Positions 42,221 through 51,107 of a stretch of DNA of 64,000 bases are shown piece after piece (within the stretch, counting starts at the first letter, position 1; each line of letters begins with the position of its first letter). The position numbers were made by a program, and so were the translations under genes. The stretch lies in sequence record SRR22947725_171. One strand, written 5' to 3'. The notes beneath the pieces are model-generated. The model did not search any database, was not told the origin of the DNA, and saw only the letters and a list, made by a program, of their open reading frames with translations.

Positions 42221-43723
42221 ATGTCAAATCTTCTAACCCATGAGGAATATAGTGCAATTGCAAATTCACTTAGCTTTCCAACCAATGCGTTCATTAATGG
42301 ACAATTCCAATCTTCAAAATCAGGAAAAACATTTGAAACTATAAACCCTGCAACTGGAAATGTTATTGCCATAGTTGCTGCATGTAATGCAGATGATGTA
42401 GACCATGCTGTTATAAAAGCAAGGGAGGTATTTGATCAAGGTCACTGGTCAAAACTTCATCCAAGTGAGAGAAAAAAGGTGCTCATTAAATTATCTAAAC
42501 TAATAAAAAGAAATCTTAATGAGCTGGCCGTTATGGAGAGTGTTGACTCAGGTAAACCAGTTCGTGATTGTGCAACGATTGACCTTCCAGAAACGATTGA
42601 CTGTTTGCTTTGGCATGCAGAAGCCATTGACAAGATCTATGATCAAACTGCGCCAGCAGGAGAAGATGCCTTGTCCGTTATTGTTCGTGAACCGGTTGGC
42701 GTTGTTGGCTGCGTTCTGCCATGGAACTTTCCGCTTCTCATGATGGCCTGGAAAATAGCGCCCGCACTTGCTACAGGGAACTCTGTGATTGTTAAGCCAG
42801 CAGAACAAACTAGCTTAACCGCGCTTAGACTGGCCGAATTGGCCATCGATGCAGGACTCCCAAGAGGCGTCCTCAATGTCATACCAGGGATGGGGCCAGA
42901 TGTTGGTGAGCCGATTGGCCTTCATGCTGATATCGATATGGTTTCATTTACTGGATCAACAGAGACTGGTAGACGTTTTCTGCGCTATTCAGCAGACTCA
43001 AATCTTAAAAAGATTGTGCTTGAGTGTGGCGGTAAAAATCCAGCAATTGTTTTGGATGATGCTGAAGATTTAGACCTAGTTGCAGAGCATATTGTGAACG
43101 CCTCTTTTTGGAACATGGGAGAGAACTGTTCAGCCAACTCAAGGCTCATTGTTCAAGAAAATATTAAAGAGGCTTTACTTGAAAAGATTCTTGCGCACCT
43201 CAGAGATTGGAAGACGGGTGATCCCCTTGATCCATCAAATTATCTTGGCTCTTTAGTGGATGATGAACACTTTAAAAAGGTTTGTAGCTACCTCAAGCAA
43301 GACAATATTTTAGTTGGTGGAACAACTGAAAAACCAAACTATGTTCTTCCTACTATTGTTGACCAGGTTGATCCTGACTCCAAAATAGCACAAGAGGAAA
43401 TTTTTGGTCCAATCCTCTCTGTAATTACCGTGAAGTCATTTGATGAGGCGATTGCTGTTGCAAACAACACAGAATATGGATTAGCTGCCAGCGTCTTTAC
43501 CTCAAATGGAAAGAAAGCAATCCGAGCTGCACGAGCCATTAAGGCGGGCACAGTGACTGTTAATTGTTATGGTGAAGGAGATATGAGTACGCCATTTGGT
43601 GGTTACAAGCATTCAGGTTTTGGCGGAAGGGATAACTCCATTCATGCCCATGACCAATATACAGAGCTCAAGACAATATGGATTGATCTCTCTGATCGTG
43701 CACCAGAAGAGTCGGTAGATTAG
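42221..43723 (+). CDS. Aldehyde dehydrogenase (PuuC-like)
   Basis: LPWNFP, FTGSTE.G, LECGGKNP, GENCSA, EEIFGP, PFGGYK.SG. Confidence 0.9.
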   Translation: MSNLLTHEEYSAIANSLSFPTNAFINGQFQSSKSGKTFETINPATGNVIAIVAACNADDVDHAVIKAREVFDQGHWSKLHPSERKKVLIKLSKLIKRNLNELAVMESVDSGKPVRDCATIDLPETIDCLLWHAEAIDKIYDQTAPAGEDALSVIVREPVGVVGCVLPWNFPLLMMAWKIAPALATGNSVIVKPAEQTSLTALRLAELAIDAGLPRGVLNVIPGMGPDVGEPIGLHADIDMVSFTGSTETGRRFLRYSADSNLKKIVLECGGKNPAIVLDDAEDLDLVAEHIVNASFWNMGENCSANSRLIVQENIKEALLEKILAHLRDWKTGDPLDPSNYLGSLVDDEHFKKVCSYLKQDNILVGGTTEKPNYVLPTIVDQVDPDSKIAQEEIFGPILSVITVKSFDEAIAVANNTEYGLAASVFTSNGKKAIRAARAIKAGTVTVNCYGEGDMSTPFGGYKHSGFGGRDNSIHAHDQYTELKTIWIDLSDRAPEESVD

Positions 43724-43730
43724 ATAAGAA

Positions 43731-45083
43731 ATGGGTCAGATCAAGCTACCTAAAAATCCTGGTGATACAGGCTGGAAAGAAATCCTTCCTAAAAGAAAGG
43801 TCAATCCAAAGCTTTCAGATCATATCAATGCAGACTATCTGATTATTGGAGGCGGCTTTGCTGGGTTATCTGCCGTACGGCGTTTAAATCAAATTAACAA
43901 AGAGGCAACAATTGTCTTACTTGAAGCCTGTGAAATTGGTGAAGGCCCCGCAGGAAGAAACTCAGGCTTTATGATTGATCTTCCTCACAACCTAGCTTCA
44001 GATGATTACGTAGGAAGCCTCGATAAAGATCGTGAACAAACCCTGATTAATCGCTCTGCAATTGAATTTGCCAAGAGTGCTTCAAAAGAATATGAAATGC
44101 CAGCTGAAGCGATACAACTTATTGGCAAAACGAATGCAGCAGCAACTCCAAAAGGAATGAAATTCAATACTGAATATGCAAAGCATCTAGACAAGACGAG
44201 TGAAAGCTATAAGATGCTCGATGCTAAAGAAATGAGAGATCTGACTGGAATAGATTATTACCTGAATGGTCTATGGACTCCTGGAACAGCAATGCTTCAG
44301 CCAGCACTTTACATTCAATCTTTAGCTGATGGTGTTAATCAACAAAACAACGTCACAATCTTTGAGAACTCACCAGTCATTGACCTAGAAGATGCTGGAA
44401 GGCATGATGGAGGAAAAGTTTGGAAAGCCAAAACCAGCCTTGGTTCAATATCCAGTCCAAAAGTCATCTTAGCGGTGAATGGTTTAGTGGAGCGCTTTGG
44501 TTTTTTTCAAAATAGGCTGATGACTATTTTCACCTACTCATCACTAACAAGAGAATTAACCTCAGCTGAATCTACTATTTTGGGTGGCTCTAACGAGTGG
44601 GGATTAACTTCAGCTGATGCTATGGGCTCGTCTGTGAGACGTATTTCTGGAATCGGCGGTAATAGAATCCTGGTTCGAAACAGATGGTCATATAACCCAA
44701 GCATGGAAGCCTCAGACTCATTTATGAATTCAGCCACCAATAGTCATAATGAATCATTTAAAGCCCGCTTTCCAATGCTTGATAAAGTGTCTATGCAGTA
44801 CTCTTGGGGAGGACGTCTTTGCCTGAGCCTTAACAACGTCTTTGCTCAGGGAGAAGTTGACGAAGGTATCTACTCTGCATGCTGTCAAAATGGCCTTGGA
44901 ACTGCTAAAGGAACTGCGATTGGTATCATTACGGCTGAAAAAATTACTGGAACTATCAATAGCCTTGTTCCAGACTTTGTTGACGAGGAAGTACCTAAAA
45001 AGTTGATGCCAAAACCATTCATGTGGCTTGGTGTTAATAGTTACATGCGATGGAAAGAACTGATGGCTGGTAAAGAAAAGTAA
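43731..45083 (+). CDS. FAD-dependent oxidoreductase, DAO/PuuB-like
   Basis: IIGGGFAGL, GPAGRNSGF, WGG, NGLG..KG. Confidence 0.85.
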   Translation: MGQIKLPKNPGDTGWKEILPKRKVNPKLSDHINADYLIIGGGFAGLSAVRRLNQINKEATIVLLEACEIGEGPAGRNSGFMIDLPHNLASDDYVGSLDKDREQTLINRSAIEFAKSASKEYEMPAEAIQLIGKTNAAATPKGMKFNTEYAKHLDKTSESYKMLDAKEMRDLTGIDYYLNGLWTPGTAMLQPALYIQSLADGVNQQNNVTIFENSPVIDLEDAGRHDGGKVWKAKTSLGSISSPKVILAVNGLVERFGFFQNRLMTIFTYSSLTRELTSAESTILGGSNEWGLTSADAMGSSVRRISGIGGNRILVRNRWSYNPSMEASDSFMNSATNSHNESFKARFPMLDKVSMQYSWGGRLCLSLNNVFAQGEVDEGIYSACCQNGLGTAKGTAIGIITAEKITGTINSLVPDFVDEEVPKKLMPKPFMWLGVNSYMRWKELMAGKEK

Positions 45084-45101
45084 CTATTTCATTTATCTGC
45101 A

Positions 45102-46178
45102 TTAGGGCAAAAGAACCAGCTTGCCCACATACTTTTTTGATACAAAGTCTTTCTGAGCATTAATAATATCCTTTAAAGGATAAGTTTTTGAAACTAATGG
45201 CTTTATTTCATTTCTTTCGATATACCCAATTAAATTTTCAAAAACTTTTTGATCTTGAAAAGTACACCCTATTAAAACCAAGTCTTTTAAGTACAGTGTT
45301 CTAACATCAAGTTCAACAATTGGTCCTGCGATAGCTCCAGCTGCTGCATACCTCCCACCTTTTTTTAATACATCTAGCAAGTCTCTCCAGCGCTCCCCTG
45401 CAACCAGATCAATAACCACATCAATACTCTCATTTTCTATAGAGTCTGTTAATTTATCCTCTCTATTAACGACAGTATTTGCACCAATCTCTTTAACTAA
45501 ATCTGACTTTGATTTACTTGAAACCGCAATAACACTAGCCCCCCTTCTTTTAGCCAGCTGAATAGCAGCTGATCCAACACCTCCAGAAGCTCCAGTTATA
45601 AGAACAACTTCACCCTCTTTAACACCTGAACGTTCCAGTAGATTTTCTGCTGTAGAGTATGCACAGGGAATGGATGCCAGTTCTGCGTTCGACCAATTAC
45701 TTTCAATCTTGAAACTTTCATCACTAAAAGCGACCATATACTGAGCAAAAGCACCGTCACACTCAGAGCCCATTGTCCAGCATTCATAGGGCCTGTAATC
45801 CACAGCATACTGCTGCATTGTTCTAACCAATACTCGCTCACCAATTCGACCAGCATCGACATCATCTCCAACAGCAACGATTTCTCCATAGCAGTCTGCA
45901 CCCTGAATGATTGGAAATTCTAGGGGCTCACCAGACCAGCTTCCATCATCACCTTCTCCATGAGAATTACTAGCATTGGTTTCGCCTTTGACTGACTTTG
46001 AATACCAAGCAGTTCGGGTGTTAATATCGGTATTGTTGATGCCTGCCCCTAAAACCTTAATCAAAACTTGATCTGAATTAGGGGTGGGGACTTCAATGTC
46101 ATTTCGGTACTCAAGCACCTCATAACCACCATGGCAAGTTGTCAAAACTGCGCTCATTGTTTTTGGGATTATGCTCAT
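45102..46178 (-). CDS. Medium-chain dehydrogenase/reductase (alcohol dehydrogenase family)
   Basis: GINNTDINTR, IQGAD, ITGASGGVG, GKLVL. Confidence 0.85.
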   Translation of the reverse strand: MSIIPKTMSAVLTTCHGGYEVLEYRNDIEVPTPNSDQVLIKVLGAGINNTDINTRTAWYSKSVKGETNASNSHGEGDDGSWSGEPLEFPIIQGADCYGEIVAVGDDVDAGRIGERVLVRTMQQYAVDYRPYECWTMGSECDGAFAQYMVAFSDESFKIESNWSNAELASIPCAYSTAENLLERSGVKEGEVVLITGASGGVGSAAIQLAKRRGASVIAVSSKSKSDLVKEIGANTVVNREDKLTDSIENESIDVVIDLVAGERWRDLLDVLKKGGRYAAAGAIAGPIVELDVRTLYLKDLVLIGCTFQDQKVFENLIGYIERNEIKPLVSKTYPLKDIINAQKDFVSKKYVGKLVLLP

Positions 46179-46182
46179 GCTT

Positions 46183-47232
46183 CTAATAATTATTTGAAAG
46201 TTTAATTATAGTATTTGAAGTGTAGGTTTCGCCCACTTTTAAAATTGGGCTCTCAAAATTATCCTGATTGATTGCATCAGGAAAAAATTGAGTTTCCATA
46301 CAAAGACCATAATTTTTTCCATAAGTTCTATGATTCTTCCCTTGGTACTCCGGATGCATGTTGCCACCCGTATAAAACTGAAGTCCAGGCTGGTCACTAG
46401 AGTACTGAACTCCCATCCCTGTTAGATTACTCCACACTCTTGCCACTGGCTTCATTTCTTTTTCGTTATTTACAACATAGTTAATATCAATACCGCCTTG
46501 ATCTATGAGCTCTTTCGAAATAGGGTTGCTTTCTATGAAATCATATTTGGTATTAGCAACATTTAAGAGATTGCCATTCGGTATCAAATCAGACTCTACC
46601 TCGCAAACCTGATTTCCATAAATCTGAGCACTATGATCAAGAATTTTTCCATAATAATCATTGTGACCATGAAAGTTCCAATAGTTATGATTTGTAATGT
46701 TGACAATCGTATCTCGATCTGTCGTTGCTGAATAACAAATTGAAAATTCGTTCTTGCTATTGAACTTATATTGAGTAGTACAGGATAAATTACCAGGATA
46801 TTTTTCTTCTAGATGTGAAGATAGATAGGACATTGATACGATGACTTCGTCTTTATTCTCATCAATTGAATCTATCGTCCAAAGCCTCTTATTAAAGCCA
46901 GTGCTTCCTCCATGAAGATGATTATTTCCATTGTTATTATTTAATTTATATTTTTTATTGTTAAGTGTAAATTCAGCATCCTTCATTCGATTGCAGACTC
47001 TTCCAGTAATTACGTTGAAAAAGCTTCTATCCGTTATGCAACCCAAAGGATCTTCATAGCCAAGAATTACATCCTCAGTTAATTCAGGATTATTTTCATA
47101 AGGGATTAAAACTTGATGGATATAGCCGCCGAAATTTGAAAATGTAACACTGAAATTATTATCATTTGTAATACTAACAAGATAAATATTCTGATCGTCA
47201 GCATTAGAAATTAATTCTTTAGTTATTTTCAT
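46183..47232 (-). CDS. galM: Aldose 1-epimerase (mutarotase)
   Basis: GRVCNR, HLHGG, YPGNL, NITNHNYWN, QFYTG, CMETQ.FPD. Confidence 0.9.
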   Translation of the reverse strand: MKITKELISNADDQNIYLVSITNDNNFSVTFSNFGGYIHQVLIPYENNPELTEDVILGYEDPLGCITDRSFFNVITGRVCNRMKDAEFTLNNKKYKLNNNNGNNHLHGGSTGFNKRLWTIDSIDENKDEVIVSMSYLSSHLEEKYPGNLSCTTQYKFNSKNEFSICYSATTDRDTIVNITNHNYWNFHGHNDYYGKILDHSAQIYGNQVCEVESDLIPNGNLLNVANTKYDFIESNPISKELIDQGGIDINYVVNNEKEMKPVARVWSNLTGMGVQYSSDQPGLQFYTGGNMHPEYQGKNHRTYGKNYGLCMETQFFPDAINQDNFESPILKVGETYTSNTIIKLSNNY

Positions 47233-47266
47233 AAGAACTCTATGTAGAAATTAATCTTTTTATTGT

Positions 47267-48583
47267 CTAGAATAACAAATCCGTTTCAAATGGATAGCTT
47301 GTTAACAATTCATGGCCACCTTCAGTCACTAATACTTGTTCTTCGAGTTTAACGCCAGGCCCTCCACTAAATCTACCGACATAGGTTTCTACGCACAGCA
47401 CCATCCCCGGTTGAAGAACCCCGTCAAAACTATTCTCATTTAGCTCCCAGCTAAAAGGTATAGCAGGGAACTCATCACACAAACCTACGCCGTGGAAAAG
47501 GACCGAGTAATGTCGAAACTCCTGCTTCGAGTACTCCTTCGCATTAAGTGTTAACTCTTTAAAGGTTACGCCTGGTTTTAACAACTTCATATTATTTTGA
47601 ATTTGTTCATAGCCCATGGTGTAGATTTCTTTTTGTTCAGCAGTCGGCTTCTCATCGCCGCACAACCATGTCCTAGACATATCAGTACAGTATCCATAAG
47701 AGCCAACCAGGTCCGTATCAAAACCCATTAACTCACCAGTTAGTATGGGTCGTGATGAGCACTCCTGATACCATGGATTTGCTCTGGGACCTGAGGCAAG
47801 TAGTCTCGTTTCAATCCACTCTGCTCCCCTGGAAACGGCCTCCATTTGGAAGCGACTCCAGAGCTCTTGCTCCGAGATCCCAGGCTTAAAGTGATTGCGC
47901 ATCAGCTCCATTGATTTTTCACATGAAAAGATAGATCGCCTCATCGCCTTAATCTCATTATCAGACTTAATAAGTCTCGCGAGCTCCATAACCTCTTCAC
48001 CATTAGCAAGTTCAAGTCCACGTGACTGAAGTTCATGAATTCCCTCTGGCGCACAATGATCAAGCGCTAGTTTTTTGTTTCCTTTACCGTATTCTCTAAC
48101 TATATCAACAATTTCAGACGCCCATATCTTGGCTCTCTCTTTACTCTTGTCTCCAGCCGTAAAGTATAAATAGGTGACTGCATGTCTGACTTCAGTAATT
48201 AAAGGATTGTGGTTTGATAGAAAATCATGGGCATCAAACTCAAAAATAATGACAGGGCCTTCAGTCATTACAAGCGCGTAACGAGCAGCGTTATGGGAGG
48301 TCCACAAAGACATATTTGTACTGTCTGTTGCGTAACGAATATTTAATGGATCGTAGAGAAGAATGCCAGCACAGTCAAATTCAACGAGTTTTTCTCGAAC
48401 TCTTTTGAGTCGATATTCCCTAATTTTTGTCATATCTGGGTTTGCCAAACCAGCCTCTAGCCATTCAGACTCAGCAAGCTCTCCGGGGCCCAATGCATGT
48501 TTATTTAGACTATAGATATCCTCTTCACCTTGTAGGTGAGAACCTATTTTTGCATGGTGTCTTTTAGTTGCAGTAAAACTCAT
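47267..48583 (-). CDS. dddP: DMSP lyase DddP-like M24 metalloenzyme
   Basis: DPLNIRYATDSTNM.LW, EWIETRLLASGPR.NPW.QE, FDTDL.GSYG.C.D.SRTW, HGVGLCDE, LCVE, KLEEQV. Confidence 0.8.
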   Translation of the reverse strand: MSFTATKRHHAKIGSHLQGEEDIYSLNKHALGPGELAESEWLEAGLANPDMTKIREYRLKRVREKLVEFDCAGILLYDPLNIRYATDSTNMSLWTSHNAARYALVMTEGPVIIFEFDAHDFLSNHNPLITEVRHAVTYLYFTAGDKSKERAKIWASEIVDIVREYGKGNKKLALDHCAPEGIHELQSRGLELANGEEVMELARLIKSDNEIKAMRRSIFSCEKSMELMRNHFKPGISEQELWSRFQMEAVSRGAEWIETRLLASGPRANPWYQECSSRPILTGELMGFDTDLVGSYGYCTDMSRTWLCGDEKPTAEQKEIYTMGYEQIQNNMKLLKPGVTFKELTLNAKEYSKQEFRHYSVLFHGVGLCDEFPAIPFSWELNENSFDGVLQPGMVLCVETYVGRFSGGPGVKLEEQVLVTEGGHELLTSYPFETDLLF

Positions 48584-48599
48584 ATCTTTCTTCCTTCAA

Positions 48600-51014
48600 T
48601 TAACGCATTTTTGATCCAGATGGATCATAAAGTGGCTCCATTACAATAGATGCCTTATGAAACTCACCGAGTATTTCTACTTCAAGTGTTGTTTTGGAAT
48701 CAATCAACTCTACAGGTAAGTAAGTCATCGCAAGTGACCTTTGAACAGAGTGTCCATAACCACCTGAGGTAATATAGGATACACATTCTCCGTTATGCAT
48801 CACCGCCTCGTCACCACTAACATCCGTTTCAGTTTCAATTTGAATCACTGAAAGCTTCTTGGTTGGGCCCTTCATTTTCTCAATGAGGGCTGCTTTTTTC
48901 CCGATAAAGTCTTTATCCCAGTCCACAAAAAAATCAAGACCCGATTCCATTAATGTAAAGTCTGGCCTAAAATCCATAGTCCATGCCCCCCAACTCTTCT
49001 CCAGCCTCATAGACATCAAAGCCCTGCCTCCAAACCACTTAAGACCTAAATCTTCTCCAACCTCTTCTATAGCCTCAAAGAGTTTCAGTTGATACTGAGG
49101 GGCCACATAAATCTCATAGCCAAGCTCTCCAGTAAATGAAATCCTTACGCAGAGCGCTGGCACGCCCCCAACAAATGTATCCCTGATATCTCTGAATTTA
49201 AACCCATCTGAACTGACATCTTCCCGAGTAAGCCTTGTTAATAGTTCTCGAGAGTTGGGTCCTGATATTGCAATACCATGAAAGTCATCTGTCATGTTCT
49301 GATAGACAACGTCTTGAACGCCCTCAAGATGCATCTCAAACCAGCGAAGATGCATATTTTGTGCAACACTGGAGCCAAACAAGTAATAAGTTTCATCGTC
49401 AATGCAGGCCACAGTCAGGTCTCCATTGAGCTTGCCACTCTCCAAAAGCATAGGTGTCAGATTCACTCTTCCAGGCCTTGGAATCCAGCCTGCAAGCACC
49501 TTATTTAAAAATGCTTTAGCGCCCTTGCCAGTGAACTTGTGGTTAGCAAAATTAGCGACTTCACTTGCACCAACAGACGCCCTCACAGCTTCGACCTCCT
49601 TAGCTACGTACTCATGAGATCTTGACCTGTGAAATGTTGGCTCTTCGTAAGCATCCTCAGGGGAGCTGGCAAACCAGAGTACATTTTCAAGGCCAAAAGA
49701 ATCTTGCCATACCGCACCTTTCTGGGTAAGACGGTCATAAATTGATGTTGTTTTCTGACGCCTTCCTTTAGGCAGCGTTTCGTTAGGGAAGGTCATCACA
49801 AAACGTCGTTCATAATTTTCAGATGACTTAATAACCCCCCATTCTGGCGTCGCAAAATCTCCAAAACGTGCAATATCCATCGCCCAAACATCAATCGATG
49901 GCTCTCCTTCAATCATCCATTCTGCTAGCATCTTTCCAACCCCGCCGGCCTGACAAAATCCAGCCATGACGCCAACTGCTGTCCAGTAATTCTTCATTCC
50001 AGGGACTGGACCAATCATGGGATTGCCATCTGGAGAAAAAACGAATGGTCCATTTATTGTATCCTTGATGCCAGCATTCTGAAGTGATGGGATACGCTCA
50101 AAAGCCAAAGCCAATCGATCGGCGATTCGGTCTAAATCTGGCTCCAGCAAATCATGTCCAAACGTTTGCGGAGTCCCATCTAAAGACCAGGGCGTTGACT
50201 GAGGCTCATAGGTTCCTAGTAGAAGGCCTGAGCGCTCTTGTCTGAAATAGATATTCGCTTCATAATCAATACATGCAGGCAATCTCTGCCCCTCTGGAAG
50301 TGCAGTAATCTTATCTATCTCTTCGGTAATTAAGTAATGGTGCTCCATGGGTACAACTGGTAAATGGATACCAGACATGCGTCCCAATTCTCGAGCCCAT
50401 AGCCCTCCAGCATTGACAATATGTTCAGCATGAATATTTCCTTTCTCAGTCACCACATCCCAAGAGCCATCGGGTCTTTGATTCGTTTCAATAACAGGTG
50501 TATGCGTATAAAACTCAGCTCCATGAACTCGTGCTGATTTTGCATAAGCATAGGTCACACCTGACGGATCTATATCACCATCAAGTGGGTCCCATAAGGC
50601 TGCAACATAATTTTCAGGATTAATAAGAGGATGCTTTTCAACCACCTCATCTAAAGAAACAAACTCTTGCTCAAGACCCATTGACCTTGCCTTGGATCTT
50701 TCCCTTTTAAGATAGTCATGCCAGCTCTGGTTAGAGGCCAAATAATATCCTCCAGTGCTATGCATTCCTACAGAGTGCCCTGAGGTCTCCTCAATCTCTT
50801 TATAAAGGTTAATTGTGTAATCTTGAAGTCTGGAAATATTTGGATCAGAACTAATCGTATGAATTTGTCCTGCTGCATGCCAGCTTGAACCCGAAGTTAA
50901 CTCATTTCTCTCAAGTAAGATAACATCCTTCCATCCCATCTTTGCAAGGTGAAAAAGGATTGAGCAACCAACAACGCCGCCTCCAATTACAACCACTCTT
51001 GCCTGATCTTTCAT
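48600..51014 (-). CDS. Dimethylglycine/sarcosine dehydrogenase-like GcvT-family FAD oxidoreductase
   Basis: IGGGVVG, ELTSGSSWHAAG (covalent-FAD His motif), RISFTGELGYE, RLEKS, YDP...R. Confidence 0.9.
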   Translation of the reverse strand: MKDQARVVVIGGGVVGCSILFHLAKMGWKDVILLERNELTSGSSWHAAGQIHTISSDPNISRLQDYTINLYKEIEETSGHSVGMHSTGGYYLASNQSWHDYLKRERSKARSMGLEQEFVSLDEVVEKHPLINPENYVAALWDPLDGDIDPSGVTYAYAKSARVHGAEFYTHTPVIETNQRPDGSWDVVTEKGNIHAEHIVNAGGLWARELGRMSGIHLPVVPMEHHYLITEEIDKITALPEGQRLPACIDYEANIYFRQERSGLLLGTYEPQSTPWSLDGTPQTFGHDLLEPDLDRIADRLALAFERIPSLQNAGIKDTINGPFVFSPDGNPMIGPVPGMKNYWTAVGVMAGFCQAGGVGKMLAEWMIEGEPSIDVWAMDIARFGDFATPEWGVIKSSENYERRFVMTFPNETLPKGRRQKTTSIYDRLTQKGAVWQDSFGLENVLWFASSPEDAYEEPTFHRSRSHEYVAKEVEAVRASVGASEVANFANHKFTGKGAKAFLNKVLAGWIPRPGRVNLTPMLLESGKLNGDLTVACIDDETYYLFGSSVAQNMHLRWFEMHLEGVQDVVYQNMTDDFHGIAISGPNSRELLTRLTREDVSSDGFKFRDIRDTFVGGVPALCVRISFTGELGYEIYVAPQYQLKLFEAIEEVGEDLGLKWFGGRALMSMRLEKSWGAWTMDFRPDFTLMESGLDFFVDWDKDFIGKKAALIEKMKGPTKKLSVIQIETETDVSGDEAVMHNGECVSYITSGGYGHSVQRSLAMTYLPVELIDSKTTLEVEILGEFHKASIVMEPLYDPSGSKMR

Positions 51015-51038
51015 AGTAAATCCATTAATAAACTTTAA

Positions 51039-51090
51039 ATGTTAATTCAAAAAAGAATGAAACTCAAGTTAAAAAATTTAGTCAAAAATA
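51039..51090 (-). promoter_or_regulatory. Sigma70 promoter, copy 1 of a duplicated 52-bp element
   Basis: Minus strand TTGAGT-N17-TAACAT; 45/52 identical to 52662-52713. Confidence 0.7.
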
Positions 51091-51107
51091 TTGAAAAAAT
51101 TTAGCAC

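Noticed and set aside
45102-46178. AcuI acryloyl-CoA reductase next to dddP
   Set aside because: Lacks the AcuI/YhdH-type LNYKD signature and looks like a different MDR subfamily
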